Assembly: GCA_002269645.1 (NCBI GenBank)
Contig: NIVC01000032.1
Span: 186,001 to 250,000, forward strand
Origin: Macrostomum lignano
Lineage: Eukaryota
Length of the DNA: 64,000 nucleotides
Reading direction: 5' to 3'
Shown here: positions 34,001-51,729 of the stretch, piece by piece
Layout: each line of letters opens with the position of its first letter
How positions within the stretch are numbered: position 1 is the stretch's first letter
Notes under the pieces: generated by a model
Told to the model about the DNA's origin: nothing
Database searches by the model: none
Seen by the model: only the letters and a program-made list of their open reading frames with translations
Position numbers and translations under genes: made by a program

Positions 34001-37000
34001 ATTTCCTTCATTCCACTTTTCCATTTTCTTGCCCCCCCCCAGGCTGCTGGGTGACGCGATTAATCCCAATTCTCTCTCTCTCTCACTCTCCCTACGTTTC
34101 AGTAGGCTCATTCTACAATTCTGTCAATACTTTAATCTCTATTTTTTTAATTTTATATCAGTGTACTTGGAGGTATTCATTTTCAGCTGCTCACACTATT
34201 CCCTGAATCCCCGGCTGTCTCGCAACTACTTTCTCCCCTCTCCCATCTACTTATCTCCTCTCCTATTTACTCTCTCCCTTCTCTCATCTACTCTCTCTCT
34301 TCTCTCATCTACTCTCTCTCTTCTCTCATCTACTCTCTCTCTTCTCTCATCTACTCTCTCCCTTCTCTCATCTACTCTCTTGATCCCTTCTCCCATCTAC
34401 TCTCTCCCTTCTCCCATCTACTCTCTCCCTTCTCTCATCTACTCTCTCTCTTTCCTCTCCCATCTACTCTCTCTCTTCTTTCATCTACTCTCTTCCCTCT
34501 CGCATCTACTCTCTCCCTTCCTATCTTCTCCCTTCCCTCTCGCATCTACTCTCTCCCTTCCTATCTTCTCCCTTCCCTCTCCCATCTAACTCTCTCCCTT
34601 CCTATCTTCCCCCTTCCCTCCCCATCTACTCTCTCCCCTCTCGCATATACTCTCTCCCCTCTCGCATCTACTCTCTCTCTTCTCTCATCTACTCTCCCCT
34701 CTTACATCTACTCTCTCTCCTCTTTCATCTACTCTTCCCCCTTTTCAATCTACTCTCTTCCCTCTTCTATCTACTCTCTCCCCCTCTCTCATCTACTCTA
34801 TCTCCTCTTCCATCTGCTCTCTCTTCTCCAGTTTCTATAATACTCTTACAATCCTCTCTAACTCTCGTCATTTTCTCTTCTCAAATATCCTCATTTTATC
34901 CCTATTTTTTCCTATAACCCCCCTCTAAATATTAACCTATATCCAATATCATTCGCTCCAATGTGTTTCATATTGACTCCTATTTTATAATACCTTGAAA
35001 ATTCTGCAGTAAAATTTATGTGATTACCATATTTCTCTATGCACTAACTGACGCACCTTGGGTTATAAATGCCTTTGACCATATATATACTTAGTACTAT
35101 AATTAGTTGATAAAAGGTCTCTCAGCGAAGCCGGATATTGTCTGGCAAGCTTTATAGAATCCTCGAGCGAGGATCAAACTACAGGAAACGGTTAAGCACT
35201 ACTAGTAGATGCTAAAATGCTAGATAAACGTGTATAGACAAAGAATGAGGTTGGTTAATGAACTTTTTTTATAGATTAATCTCATCGATTACTTGTGTTA
35301 TGGGTAGTACCGCTATGTTGTAAGCTTAGATTACTGATTAAGTCATAAAGCACCTTCGCTTTTGTGATTAATTGGCATTCAAAAGCTTTGAAAAATCATG
35401 GATTAATAAAAGTACAAAGAAGGGGGAGTACTATGTTTCCTGGAAAGATTTTGAAGCCGAGTTTTATAATTAGTCATAAGTAGTCAATCATGTAAAAACC
35501 AGGCCTTCAAAAAGTGTTCCAAGAAACTAACGAACAAATAATAGCATCTTTATTTTCACTTGCCTGCTAAAATGATTAATTAGATAATATTTAGTACGAA
35601 AATGTATTATGTTGCAGACAAGCCAACAACAGTGCAACTTGGCATCTACATCAATAGCTTTTACTCTATCAGTGAGCAGACAATGGTAAATGTCTTATTT
35701 TTACATTTTGAAAAAAATGATTAAGACAATGCTTAACGCCTTTTTAAATGGCCTTTTAAAAATCTGTCTCAAACTCAAAACTTCCAGGACTACTCCGTGA
35801 ACATCTATCTACGTCAGGAGTGGTTCGACCCCAGACTACAGTACAACAAGTCTGAAATCGGACGAAACAAAGACTGCGTCAAGCTGGAGGACAAGATCTG
35901 GGAGAAGCTCTGGGTGCCGGACGTGTTTTTCAGGTCGCGCCAGTTTAAAACATCGATTTGAACCTTTTTAGTACATGTGGACTAGCCATTTCGCCCCCCT
36001 CCGGGTAGCTATACGAAAACGAGGCTTTATCATTTGTATCTTAGCAATGCTAAAATGGAGTTTAAAAATATCTTTAGGAGATTTAGACGATTTAGAAAAG
36101 CAATATTTTTCTTTCTGGACTTTTCAGTAACCCTAATTGTGCTTGAGTGAATGAAACTAAGTTTTCTGTTCAAATATCCAGCAAGTTATTAAAGTAGGGC
36201 TGCACCCTGACAAAAAGACAAGAGTGACTACAAGACAGAGTGACTACAAGGCAGTGACTAGAAGACAGGGTGACTACAAGACAGAGTGACTAGAAGACAG
36301 AGTGACTACAAGACAGAGTGACTAGAAGACAGGGTGACTACAAGACAGAGTGACTACAAGACAGGGTGACTACAAGACAGGGTGGCTACAAGACAGAGTG
36401 ACTACAAGACAGAGTGACTACAAGACAGGGTAACTAGCACTGTCACCCTGTCTTCTAGTCCCTCTCATGTAGGGTGTACAGCGGCCTTGACTTTCTAATC
36501 TTCAGGAGATGTACACTTTCTTGGCAGCACCTCGAAGTAAACACACACTTTCTTCATTTGGAATTCGGAAGTCCAGGAATGACAGTATTGAGAATTTATT
36601 GCTGAAAAAAACTGAAGACTTCCGATCCCGCTAATGCATTTTCTGAACGATTTACGAATAGTTTTAGTAACCAGCTTAGTTCTAAATCAACGCTATCGCC
36701 TAAAATCATTCCTTTCAAAAAGCAGAAACGAGAAGAAAGCCGACTTTCATCACGTGACCATTCCGAATCGCTTCATCAATCTCTACCCGAGCGGGAAGCT
36801 GTGGTACGTGATGAAGTGAGTTTCTCTCCAGAAGCGATCGGGTTTTCATTAGTTGCGTATTGTAAAGTGTCTTCCGCAAAAGCTGCTCTTGTCTTGAGCA
36901 GTCACACGCTACGCCGCTTCACTCCAGCATTCTTCAAATTGAATTTGCAGAATCTCAGCCACCTTGTCCTGCATGATGCAGCTGCAGAAATATCCGCTGG

Positions 37001-40000
37001 ACACGCAAATCTGCCCCATGATGCTGGAGAGCTGTGAGCGTAATTGATTGGCTCTGGTTTGACCTTGGTGTGAATTTTTAATTGATACTAGTTGCTCACC
37101 CAACTCCATCTCAGGCATCTCTCACACTCTCATCAATCTTATTTTCTCCCATCTCACTCTCACCCATCTCACTCTCAGCTATCTCACTCTCTTCATCTCA
37201 CTCTCACCCATCTCACCCTCACAAATCTTACTCTCGCCCATCTCACCCTCACCCATTTCACTACTCTCACCCCCATCTCACTCTCGCTTATCTCACCCTA
37301 AAAAATCTCACTCTCACCCATCTCAATCTCACCCAAATCACTCTCACCCATCTCAGTCTCACCCATCCCACTCTTCCATCTCACTCTTATCTATCTCACT
37401 CTCACCCATCTCAATCTCACTTATCTCACTCTCACCGATCTCACCCTCACAAATCTTACTCTCAACCATCCCACCAAAACCTCCGCTCGGCAGTCGGTCA
37501 CACCATGAAAACGGTGGTATTCAAGTGGCTGGTGAACAAGTCCGTAGAATCTACTGACGAACTCAGCATGCCACAGTTTGTACTCATCGGCTACCCAACC
37601 AGAGATTGCTCAAAGAACTACACTACTGGGAGTTATCCCTGCCTGCAGGTGGACTTCATTCTGCGACGAGATATCGGTTATTTTATTATCCAAGTGAGCA
37701 ACACTCTCAGAGGCAGCCGAGGGGAAAAACTTGATTAAGAATAATTAGATGATAAAATCTACTCCTTATTCAATTTCCCACAGGTGTACATACCAACTGT
37801 GCTCATAGTCATTCTCAGCTGGGTTGCATTCTGGATTAACACTGAAGCGATACCGGCCAGGGTCAGTCTTGGACTGCTCACAGGTGAGGGCCTGGAACTG
37901 CTGATGACTCAATCTATGAGCACAAAACTTTTTCAAGAAACTGTAGCTTGAGCTCTTTTTTCAATCTTTCGAAAAACCAATTAGTTTTGAAAATGTGACT
38001 TTTGTGAAATACATTCTTAGAAACTTTTAGTCATTCTGTCTTCTAGTCACTCTGTCTTCTAGGCACTCTGCCTTCTAGTCACTGTTATCTAGTCACTCTG
38101 TATTATAGTCACTCTGTATTATAGTCACTCTGTCTTCAAGGCACTCTGCCTTCTAGTCACTCTGAATTCTAGTCACTCTGTCTTCTAGGCACTGAGCTGC
38201 CTTCTAGTCACTCTGTTATCTAGTCACTCTGCTTCTAGTCACTCTTTTATCTAGTCACTCTGAATTCTAGTCACTCTGTTATCTAGCCACTCTGTCTTCT
38301 AGTCACTCGGTCTTCTAGTCACTGTGTCTTCTAGTTACTCTGTCGTCTATTCACTCTGTCTTCTAGTCACTGTTTCTTCTAGTCACTCTGTCTTCTAGTC
38401 ACTCTGTCTTCTAGTCACTCTGTCTTCTAGTCACTCTGTCTTCTAGTCACTCTGTATTCTAGTCACTCTGTCTTTTAGTCACTCTGAATACTAGTCACCC
38501 TGAATTCTAGTCCCTATCTTCAAGCCACTCTGAATTCTAGTCAGTCTGAATTCTAGTCACACTGTCTTCTAGTCACTCTGTCTTCTAGTCACTCTGTCTT
38601 CTAGTCACACTGTCTTCTAGTCACTCTGTCTTCTAGTCACTCTGTCTTTTAGTCACTCTGAATACTAGTCACCCTAAATTCTAGTCCCTATCTTCAAGCC
38701 ACTCTGAATTCTAGTCAGTCTGAATTCTAGTCACTCTGTCTTTTAGTCAGTCTGTCTTCTAGTCACCCTGTCTTCTAACCGACTGATAGAGGTGAAATGA
38801 TCCCATCCTAAAAATCCAATCCCTTTTCCCTTGGCAGTGCTCACCATGACAACGCAGTCGTCAGGAGCTGGTCAATCCCTCCCCAGAGTCTCCTACATCA
38901 AGGCCATCGACGTGTGGATGAGTGTCTGTCTCATATTTGTGTTCGCCTCGCTGTTAGAATTCGCCGTTGTCAATGTTTACAGTAGGAAAGACACGAACGA
39001 ACAGCGCAGATTGCAGTTGCGAAAGCAGACAGAACAGCAAAAATTGCATGAGCAACAGCAGCAGCAGCAGCAACCGACAGTGTCAGTGTTGAAGGCTACA
39101 AGGATACAAGACAATTTCTATCAAAGTAGCAGCTGCTGCAGTGTCAGCATTGAACCCGAAGCCTCCACTAGCGGCTTCGTAAGTTTTCTTTTTCTGTAGA
39201 AATTTTCGTTTCTGACTACTTATATTTAATTGTTGTAGTAGTATACGCGAGTATAGTTTAGCATGAATACAGACGAAAATTCGTGTCTAGGTAGGAATGG
39301 TCAGGTCCAGCATTAAAAAATAAATAAATGGGTCGGGACTGTCAGGATCGGGACTGGGACTTTATAAAGGATCGGAACTGTAAAGATCGGGACTGGGACT
39401 TTATGAAGGATCGGAAGTGTCAGGACCGGAATTGGGACTGTTAGGATCAGGATCGGGATTGGGACTGTCAGGATCGGGATCGGGACTGTCAGGATCGGGA
39501 TTGGGACTCTCAGGATTAGGATCGGGACTGTCAGGATCGGGATTGGGACTGTCAAGATCGGGATTGGGACTCTCAGGATTAGGATCAAGACTGTCAGGAT
39601 CGGGATTGGGACTGTTAGGTTTAGGATCAGGACTGTCAGGATCAGGATCGGGACTGTTAGGATCGGGATTGGGACTGTCAAGATCGGTATCGGGACTTTT
39701 AGGATCGGGACTGTCAGGATCAGGATCGGGATTGTCAGGATCGGGATCGGGACTGTTAGGATCGGGACTGTCAGGATCAGGATCGGGAATGTCAGGATCG
39801 GGATTAGGACTGTCAGGGTCGGGATCGGGACTATCAGGATCGGGATTGGGACTGTCAGGATCAAATTTCATGCTGACAAAACCCTCCTCCCAATTCCAGT
39901 CCCCCATGAGCAGAGCAGACTCACTCAATCACAAGTGCCCAATCACTAATGAGCGATCAGCAAAGTTGACTGACATTTTGAGTCAACCACAGCAACTGTC

Positions 40001-40148
40001 CGGTCGAATCGAAAACTATTCGAGAATTCCGCCTGTCGTTATGGTCAGCCGAGCCAGCAAAATTGATAAAATCGCTAGACGGTTGTTTCCGCTCAGTTTC
40101 TTACTGTTTAACGTCATCTACTGGGTGATGTACGCCATTGTGAAGTGA
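28010..40148 (+). CDS. Anion-selective Cys-loop ligand-gated ion channel subunit (glycine receptor/GluCl-like), 11 exons, 506 aa
   Basis: Exons 28010-28095, 28968-29066, 30217-30275, 35618-35685, 35788-35933, 36726-36815, 36951-37033, 37494-37693, 37784-37883, 38838-39178 and 39900-40148 join in phase (1521 nt). Signal peptide; [10 protein letters not shown] helix; WVPDVFF; Cys loop [15 protein letters not shown]; loop-[13 protein letters not shown]; M2 [17 protein letters not shown]; M3 YIKAIDVW; M4 [10 protein letters not shown]. Exons 1-2 are less certain. Confidence 0.9.
28210..28875 (+). repeat. 20-bp minisatellite (acaggggcgcctaccaagac) in channel intron 1
   Basis: About 33 tandem copies. 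Confidence 0.95.
29240..30005 (+). repeat. 20-bp minisatellite (ttgaagattggatgccatct) in channel intron 2
   Basis: About 38 tandem copies. Confidence 0.95.
30680..32305 (+). repeat. 16-bp minisatellite (gacagagtgactagaa) in channel intron 3
   Basis: About 100 copies. The same unit occurs at 33385-33610 and 36225-36435 (+) and at 38030-38780 (-). Confidence 0.95.
32800..32995 (+). repeat. 50-bp tandem repeat, about 4 copies
   Basis: aataatagaactgtacatctacttcaatatctacagacaaatgtactttt repeated. Confidence 0.9.
33385..33610 (+). repeat. Second block of the 16-bp gacagagtgactagaa satellite
   Basis: Same unit as 30680-32305. Confidence 0.9.
34240..34830 (+). repeat. CT-rich ~21-bp repeat (tctcatctactctctccct)
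   Basis: Degenerate tandem repetition. Confidence 0.85.
36225..36435 (+). repeat. Third block of the 16-bp satellite (intron 5)
   Basis: gacagagtgactacaa/gacagggtgactacaa units. Confidence 0.9.
37120..37470 (+). repeat. Degenerate (tctcactctcaccca)-type repeat in intron 7
   Basis: Repeated ctcac/tctca units up to the acceptor region. Confidence 0.8.
38030..38780 (-). repeat. 16-bp satellite in the reverse orientation (ttctagtcactctgtc) in intron 9
   Basis: Exact reverse complement of the unit found in introns 3 and 5. Confidence 0.95.
39335..39862 (+). repeat. 6-bp-based 21/27-bp minisatellite (gggactgtcaggatcgggatt) in intron 10
   Basis: Tandem repetition ending about 40 nt before the last acceptor. 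Confidence 0.9.
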
Positions 40149-40461
40149 ACTTCAAATGTTAAAAAAAAAACAAATAAAGCGATGTAGCGCAGTATCACAT
40201 TGTGACAATTTTTGAAGGCCGATTTGACGATATATTTAACTGTCTTGAACTTCCAAAACAATTAAGTTGTGTTTAGAAGAAACAATTCGTTAAAGAGAAA
40301 ATATTCGTAAATTATGTTTTTTTTCTTGTTTCGTAAATTTTGATTAAATATTGAACCTACCTTGGGCTAAAAGTACACATGTACTTCGGATAAAGTTTCA
40401 AATGACCTTCAAAAGTACAGATTGTGAATAAATCTAGCTAATGCATTTTTGTGGGCGCCCA

Positions 40462-40802
40462 TCTCTGTAGCTAGTGACCCCCTCTGTAGCTAGTGACCCC
40501 CTCTGTAGCTAGTGCCCCTCTGTAGCTTGTGACCCCCTCTGTTACTGGTGACCCCCTTCTGTTGCTGGTGACCCCCATCAATAGCAAGTGGCCCCTCTGT
40601 AGCTGGTGACCCCTTCTGTAGCTGGTGACCCCTTCTGTAGCTGGTGACCCCTTCTGTAGCTGGTGACCCCTTTCTGTAGCTGGTGACCCCTTCTGTTGCT
40701 GGTGACCCCTTTCTGTAGCTGGTGACTTTCTTCTGTTGCTGGCGACCCCCCATCAATAGCCAGTGGCCCCCTCTGTAGCTGGCAACCCCCTCTCTGTAGC
40801 TG
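40462..40802 (+). repeat. 19-20-bp minisatellite (ctggtgaccccttctgtag)
   Basis: About 17 copies, downstream of the channel gene. Confidence 0.9.
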
Positions 40803-41349
40803 GCGAATTATTTGCTTCAAGCACCTCCCCAGAAGATACTCAGCAAAGACAATCTCCCGCAAGCAAAACTTTCCCAGCAATTCGATCGTGTCGAATCTCG
40901 TAAATTCAGTTACATACTTTGGTACACGTGGAATCAGCAACTGTTTAATCAAAATATTTATTTACCTGATTAACAAATAAATATAGTTAATGCCAACTTT
41001 GTGATGCAAATATTGACGTTACAATCCAATATATATCGAGATCCAAAAATACGCAGTTGCGAATGGACTTCAGTACTTTTAACAAATATTTATTATATAC
41101 CCATTCTAACTTGATTGGTTCTTCGAATTTCCTCATAGACTATTAATTATTCATAAATTTAAACAAGCAAATTGATTAATAATATTAGCTAATATGAGGA
41201 TGGATGTCTTGGCAGCGCTTTCGCAACTTTGAATGGCGATCTCCGATAGGGACAAAGAAGGTTAACAGTCAAATTTCTTCATGACGGAATCGAAGTCTGA
41301 GCCTGTGAGTTGAATTATTGTGAAATCTATCATCAAAAAGACACTTGAT

Positions 41350-41462
41350 AAAGTTGGGGCCGCTGTACACTCCTGTGTGAGTGTGTGCCTGTGCGTATGA
41401 CTGCGTACGTATCCGCGCGCTTGTGTGCCTGCTCAGGGGTGTCGGCGGAATGGGCAGCAATG
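41350..41462 (+). repeat. Dispersed ~110-bp repeat family (copy 2)
   Basis: Closely matches 15055-15167. Confidence 0.75.
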
Positions 41463-41845
41463 CCTCTCGCTAGCCGGTTGTGCGGTTTTCGAAGTGTCGA
41501 GCTTATCGAGTTTTCTGTCTTCGAAAATGTAGAATTTCCAGTTTGTGAAAGCTATATGCTCTGAAGCGAGAGCAGAACTTGCTGACCGCTATTAAGCGTT
41601 CTGCTGGTTGCGGGTCCATTGTCATCTTGACCATAAAGACTTGACTCAGGTCGATTTGACCGTCCTGCGGTGTCCCTTCCGGAGAGTCCAGGAGGTGGAT
41701 GGTCGCTCACCCGGTAGCCCTTAGGTAGGGGACGAGCTGGCAGAGATTCTTGGGCCCGAAAACTTCGGAGAGATAGCTGGAGAAGCAGAATAGGAATTCC
41801 CTGGAGATAGCAATGCCTAGCATATATCCATGACCTGAGAGGGCC

Positions 41846-46432
<4,587 letters not shown>

Positions 46433-46584
46433 AAGTTCATATTGATAAAGCGCCTGACAGATTATTCATTTTTATTTTCAATTCAATTATCTGTGCATTT
46501 TTGTTAATTAATAACGTATAATTTTATACTTGTCACAAAAAATCAAAGCAAATTTGTTTGCCTTGTGAGATCTTTGTTAATATT

Positions 46585-48785
46585 ACGTCTGACGCCCTCC
46601 ATTCCACCCAATTACACACGGTAATCACCTGCTGCAATTGAGCAACACCACCCACCATTCAACACCAATTAGATACGGTTATGAATGGAGAAAGAGGGAT
46701 CACCTGATGCAACTGAGCAACAACACCCACCATTCCACACCAATTAGACACGGTAATCACCTGCTGCAATTCAGGCACCAACACCCACCATTCCACACCA
46801 ATTAGACACGGTAATCACCTGCTGCAATTCAGGCAACAACACCCACCATTCCACACCAATTAGACACGGTAATCACCTGCTGCAATTCAGGCACCAACAC
46901 CCACCATTCCACACCAATTAGACACGGTAATCACCTGCTGCAATTCAGGCACCAACACCCACCATTCCACACCAATTAGACACGGTAATCACCTGCTGCA
47001 ATTCAGGCAACAACACCCACCATTCCACACCAATTAGACACGGTAATCACCTGCTGCAATTCAGGCACCAACACCCACCATTCCACACCAATTAGACACG
47101 GTAATCACCTGCTGCAATTCAGGCAACAACACCCACCATTCCACACCAATTAGACACGGTAATCACCTGCTGCAATTCAGGCACCAACACCCACCATTCC
47201 ACACCAATTACACACGGTAATCACCTGCTGCAATTCAGGCACCAACACCCACCATTCCACACCAATTAGACACGGTAATCACCTGCTGCAATTGAGGCAA
47301 CAACACCCACCATTCCACACCAATTAGACACGGTAACCACCTGCTGCAATTGAGCAACACCACCCACCATTCCACACCAATTACACACGGTAATCACCTG
47401 CTGCAATTAAGCAACACCACCCACCATTCAACACCAATTACACACGGTAATCACCTGCTGCAATTCAGGCAACAACACCCACCATTCCACACCAATTAGA
47501 CACGGTAATCACCTGCTGCAATTAAGCAACACCACCCACCATTCCACACCAATTAGACACGGTAATCACCTGCTGCAATTGAGCAACACCACCCACCATT
47601 CCACACCAATTACACACGGTAATCACCTGCTGCAATTAAGCAACACCACCCACCATTCCACACCAATTAGACACGGTAATCACCTGCTGCAATTAAGCAA
47701 CACCACCCACCATTCCACACCAATTACACACGGTAATCACCTGCTGCAATTAAGCAACACCACCCACCATTCCACACCAATTATACACGGTAATCACCTG
47801 CTGCAATTAAGCAACACCACCCACCATTCAACACCAATTAGACACGGTAATCACCTGCTGCAATTCAGGCAACAACACCCACCATTCAACACCAATTACA
47901 CACGGTAACCACCTGCTGCAATTCAGGCAACAACACCCACCATTCAACACCAATTACACACGGTAATCACCTGCTGCAATTGAGGCAACAACACCCACCA
48001 TTCCACACCAATTAGACACGGTAATCACCTGCTGCAATTAAGCAACACCACCCACCATTCAACACCAATTAGACACGGTAATCACCTGCTGCAATTCAGG
48101 CACCAACACCCACCATTCCACACCAATTACACACGGTAATCACCTGCTGCAATTCAGGCACCAACACCCACCATTCAACACCAATTAGACACGGTAATCA
48201 CCTGCTGCAATTCAGGCACCAACACCCACCATTCAACACCAATTAGACACGGTAATCACCTGCTGCAATTCAGGCACCAACACCCACCATTCAACACCAA
48301 TTAGACACGGTAATCACCTGCTACAATTCAGGCAACAACACCCACCATTCCACACCAATTAGACACGGTAATCACCTGCTGCAATTAAGCAACACCACCC
48401 ACCATTCAACACCAATTAGACACTGTAATCACCTGCTACAATTTAGGCAACAACACCCACCATTCCACACCAATTAGACACGGTAATCACCTGCTGCAAT
48501 TCAGGCACCAACACCCACCATTCCACACCAATTAGACACGGTAATCACCTGCTGCAATTCAGGCAACAACACCCACCATTCCACACCAATTAGACACGGT
48601 AATCACCTGCTGCAATTGAGCAACACCACCCACCATTCCACACCAATTAGACACGGTAATCACCTGCTGCAATTGAGCAACACCACCCACCATTCAACAC
48701 CAATTACACACGGTAATCACCTGCTGCAATTAAGCAACACCACCCACCATTCAACACCAATTAGACACGGTAATCACCTGCTCCA
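46585..48785 (+). repeat. 57-58-bp intergenic minisatellite
   Basis: cacccaccattccacaccaattagacacggtaatcacctgctgcaatt(cagg/gag/aag)ca.., about 38 copies, no spacers. Confidence 0.97.
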
Positions 48786-49404
48786 AATGCTGTTATAAGT
48801 AAAAGAAAATTTCAATTCGATGAAAATTAAAACGATCAAATGTTTATATATTAAAAACCAATTCAAAGTTAAAAATCGTTGTAATTTTATAGTAGTGTGA
48901 AAGATGGTTAATAGTATATTGCCATTCAAATCAGTTATAAAAGATGAGTGGAAAATGAGCTCAATGATTCAAGCCGATGAATAGCTAACTTATCAAAAGT
49001 TCTCAAAGTAAATTAACTCTAAGAAAGCTTTCAACACAAATTTATAAAGGTAAACAGCCAAAAGACTATGCGTACTTACAACTTACTAAGTAGCTAAAGT
49101 AATTTTGTACCCTTTCTAATAAACAAAAAATAGATCTACTCGAAAATATTTACCATGGTCTTTGGACTGCTCATTCAACACAAAACTAAGTGAGATTTTA
49201 AATTTAAATTTCAAAGTTAATCAAAACAATCGAAATTAATAAGAACAACAGAGAAAGACGTGCAAATAAAATCTAACTACAAAATACTAATTTATCTAAT
49301 TGAGCAGCTTTAAAACAATTGTTTGTTCCGAAAAATTAAAATTATTAGAAAAATTAAAGTGCAAAATGAGGCTAACAGATTCTTAGAAAATCTTCTTAGC
49401 CTCA

Positions 49405-50200
49405 GAACTCAGGCAAGAGATTCTCCGAGATTAGGGAAATCTCAGGAGAGGAATTCTTCGAGATTAGGGAAATCTCAAGAGGGGGATTCTCCGAGATTAG
49501 GGAAATCTCAGGATAGGGATTCTCCGAGATTAGGGAAATCTCAGGTAGAGATTCTCCGAGGTTAGGGAAATCTCAAGAGAGGGATTCTCTGAGATTAGGG
49601 AACTCTCAGGAGAGGAATTCTTCGAGATTAGGGAAATCTCAAGAGGGGGATTCTCCGAGATTAGGGAAATCTCAGGATAGGGACTCTCCAAGGTTAGGGA
49701 AATCTCAGGAGGGGGATTCTTCGAGATTAGGGAAATCTCAGGAGGGGGATTCTCCGAGATTAGGGAAATCTCAGGATAGGGATTCTCCAAGGCTAGGGAA
49801 ATCTCAGGAGGGGGATTCTCCGAAATTAGGGAAATCTCAGGAAAGGAATTTTCCGAGATTAGGGAAATCTCAGGATGGGGATTCTCCGAGGTTAGGGAGA
49901 AATCTCAGGAGGGGGATTCTCCGAGATTAGGAAACTCTCAGGAGGGGGATTCTTCAAGGTTAGGGAAATATCAGGAGGGGGATTCTCTAAGGTTAGGGAA
50001 ATCTCAGGAGGGGGATTCTCCGAGATTAGGGAAATTTCAGGAGAGGGATTCTCCAAGGTTAGGGAAATCTCAGGAGGGGGATTCTCCGAGATTAGGGAAA
50101 TTTCAGGAGAGGGATTCTCCAAGGTTAGGGAAATCTCTGGAGGAGGGTTCTCCGAGATTATGGAAATCTCAGGAGAGGAATTTTCAGAGCTTTAAGAAAT
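49405..50200 (+). repeat. 33-bp minisatellite
   Basis: gagattagggaaatctcaggagggggattctcc, about 24 copies. Confidence 0.93.
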
Positions 50201-50799
50201 CTCAGGATGCAAAAATCTCAGGGTTAGATTATCTGAGAAGATTATAATCTCAAAAACAGATTATCAGAGCGCGAGAAAAATCAAGGTGGAGGTGACTATA
50301 AACACACTGAACTCCAATCAATTAAAACTTAATCGTTAAAAACAAGATGAATTCCAGAGAGAGATTCCTACAAAACAGCTAGCTAAACTACTAATTGTAA
50401 GTAGCATCGAACTGGCTAATAAAATTGGGAAAAGAAACGTTATAAATTAGGTGTTGGTCGAAAGTTAGCAGAGAAAACAGGGATTTCAAAATAGATGAAG
50501 CTTGCACAACACAAAACTCTCAAGGCCCGGGGCTGAGCACAGACACACCTCAGCATCCAAATATGTTGGGCCTGTATCAATACACATCAATACAATGAAA
50601 TAAAATACAAAAAACAGGCGCTGAATAAAAAAAGAATATAAATAAATTATGCTTTTTATTGTTTTTATAGGTTGAAGTATAATTAATTGTTCCTGAATAG
50701 TTCAAAACTGAAACTATACTCGACATAAAAATGGTCCATTGCAAATACGAGTTAATGATAAACCATGCAGGGAAATGAAGTGGAGAAGCGAAAGAGAAG

Positions 50800-51545
50800 G
50801 GGGAGAGAAGAGAGAGAAGGAAGGAAGGAAGGAGAGAAGGGAGCAGAGAAGGGAGCAGAGGAGGAGAGAAGGGAGCAGAGAAGGGAGCAGAGAAGGGAGC
50901 AGAGAAGGGAGCAGAGAAGGGAGCAGAGAAGGGAGCAGAGAAGGGAGCAGAGAAGGGAGCAGAGAAGGGAGCAGAGGAGGAGAGAAGGGAGCAGAGAAGG
51001 GAGCAGAGAAGGGAGCAGAGGAGGAGAGAAGGGAGCAGAGAAGGGAGCAGAGAAGGGAGCAGAGAAGGGAGCAGAGGAGCAGAGAAGGGAGCAGAGAAGG
51101 GAGCAGAGGAGGAGAGAAGGGAGCAGAGAAGGGAGCAGAGGAGCAGAGAAGGGAGCAGAGAAGGGAGCAGAGGAGGAGAGAAGGGAGCAGAGAAGGGAGC
51201 AGAGAAGGGAGCAGAGGAGCAGAGAAGGGAGCAGAGAAGGGAGCAGAGAAGGGAGCAGAGGAGGAGAGAAGGGAGCAGAGAAGGGAGCAGAGAAGGGAGC
51301 AGAGGAGCAGAGAAGGGAGCAGAGAAGGGAGCAGAGAAGGGAGCAGAGGAGGGAGCAGAGGAGGAGAGAAGGGAGCAGAGAAGGGAGCAGAGAAGGGAGC
51401 AGAGAAGGGAGCAGAGAAGGGAGCAGAGAAGGGAGCAGAGGAGGGAGCAGAGGAGGAGAGAAGGGAGCAGAGAAGGGAGCAGAGAAGGGAGCAGAGAAGG
51501 GAGCAGAGAAGGGAGCAGAGGAGGGAGCAGAGGAGGAGAGAAGGG
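50800..51545 (+). repeat. 12-bp purine minisatellite (gggagcagagaa)
   Basis: About 60 copies, just downstream of the SLC5 stop codon. Confidence 0.95.
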
Positions 51546-51729
51546 AGGATATGAACAGAGAAAAAATAGAAAAGCAGCTTAGAAGAAGCACACAGCAAAG
51601 ACTTGGCAAAAGCCTATTGGTTCAAATGAGAAAAGAAATGACCATTCCACTTGCCTACAAAACAACAATTAGTTGATGGACAGTATAAACAGGAAGAGAA
51701 TTCACAACAGACTGAGCACACAGAGCAGT

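Noticed and set aside
39313-39928. Pro/Asp-rich or Ser/Gly-rich ORFs, including a long N-terminal extension of the last channel exon
   Set aside because: They derive from the intron-10 minisatellite. The phase-0 acceptor at 39899/39900 gives the coherent gene model.
46585-48785. CRISPR-like arrays (also 62557-63362, whose units contain the small hairpin TTGAC-N7-GTCAA)
   Set aside because: The units are contiguous with no unique spacers, there are no cas genes, and the context is eukaryotic.
50714-51676. Glu/Arg-rich and Leu/Ser-rich ORFs of about 270-300 aa; likewise the repeat ORFs at 29246-30090, 54609-55260 and 62539-63391
   Set aside because: These are translations of short tandem repeats that are open on both strands, with no unique domain.
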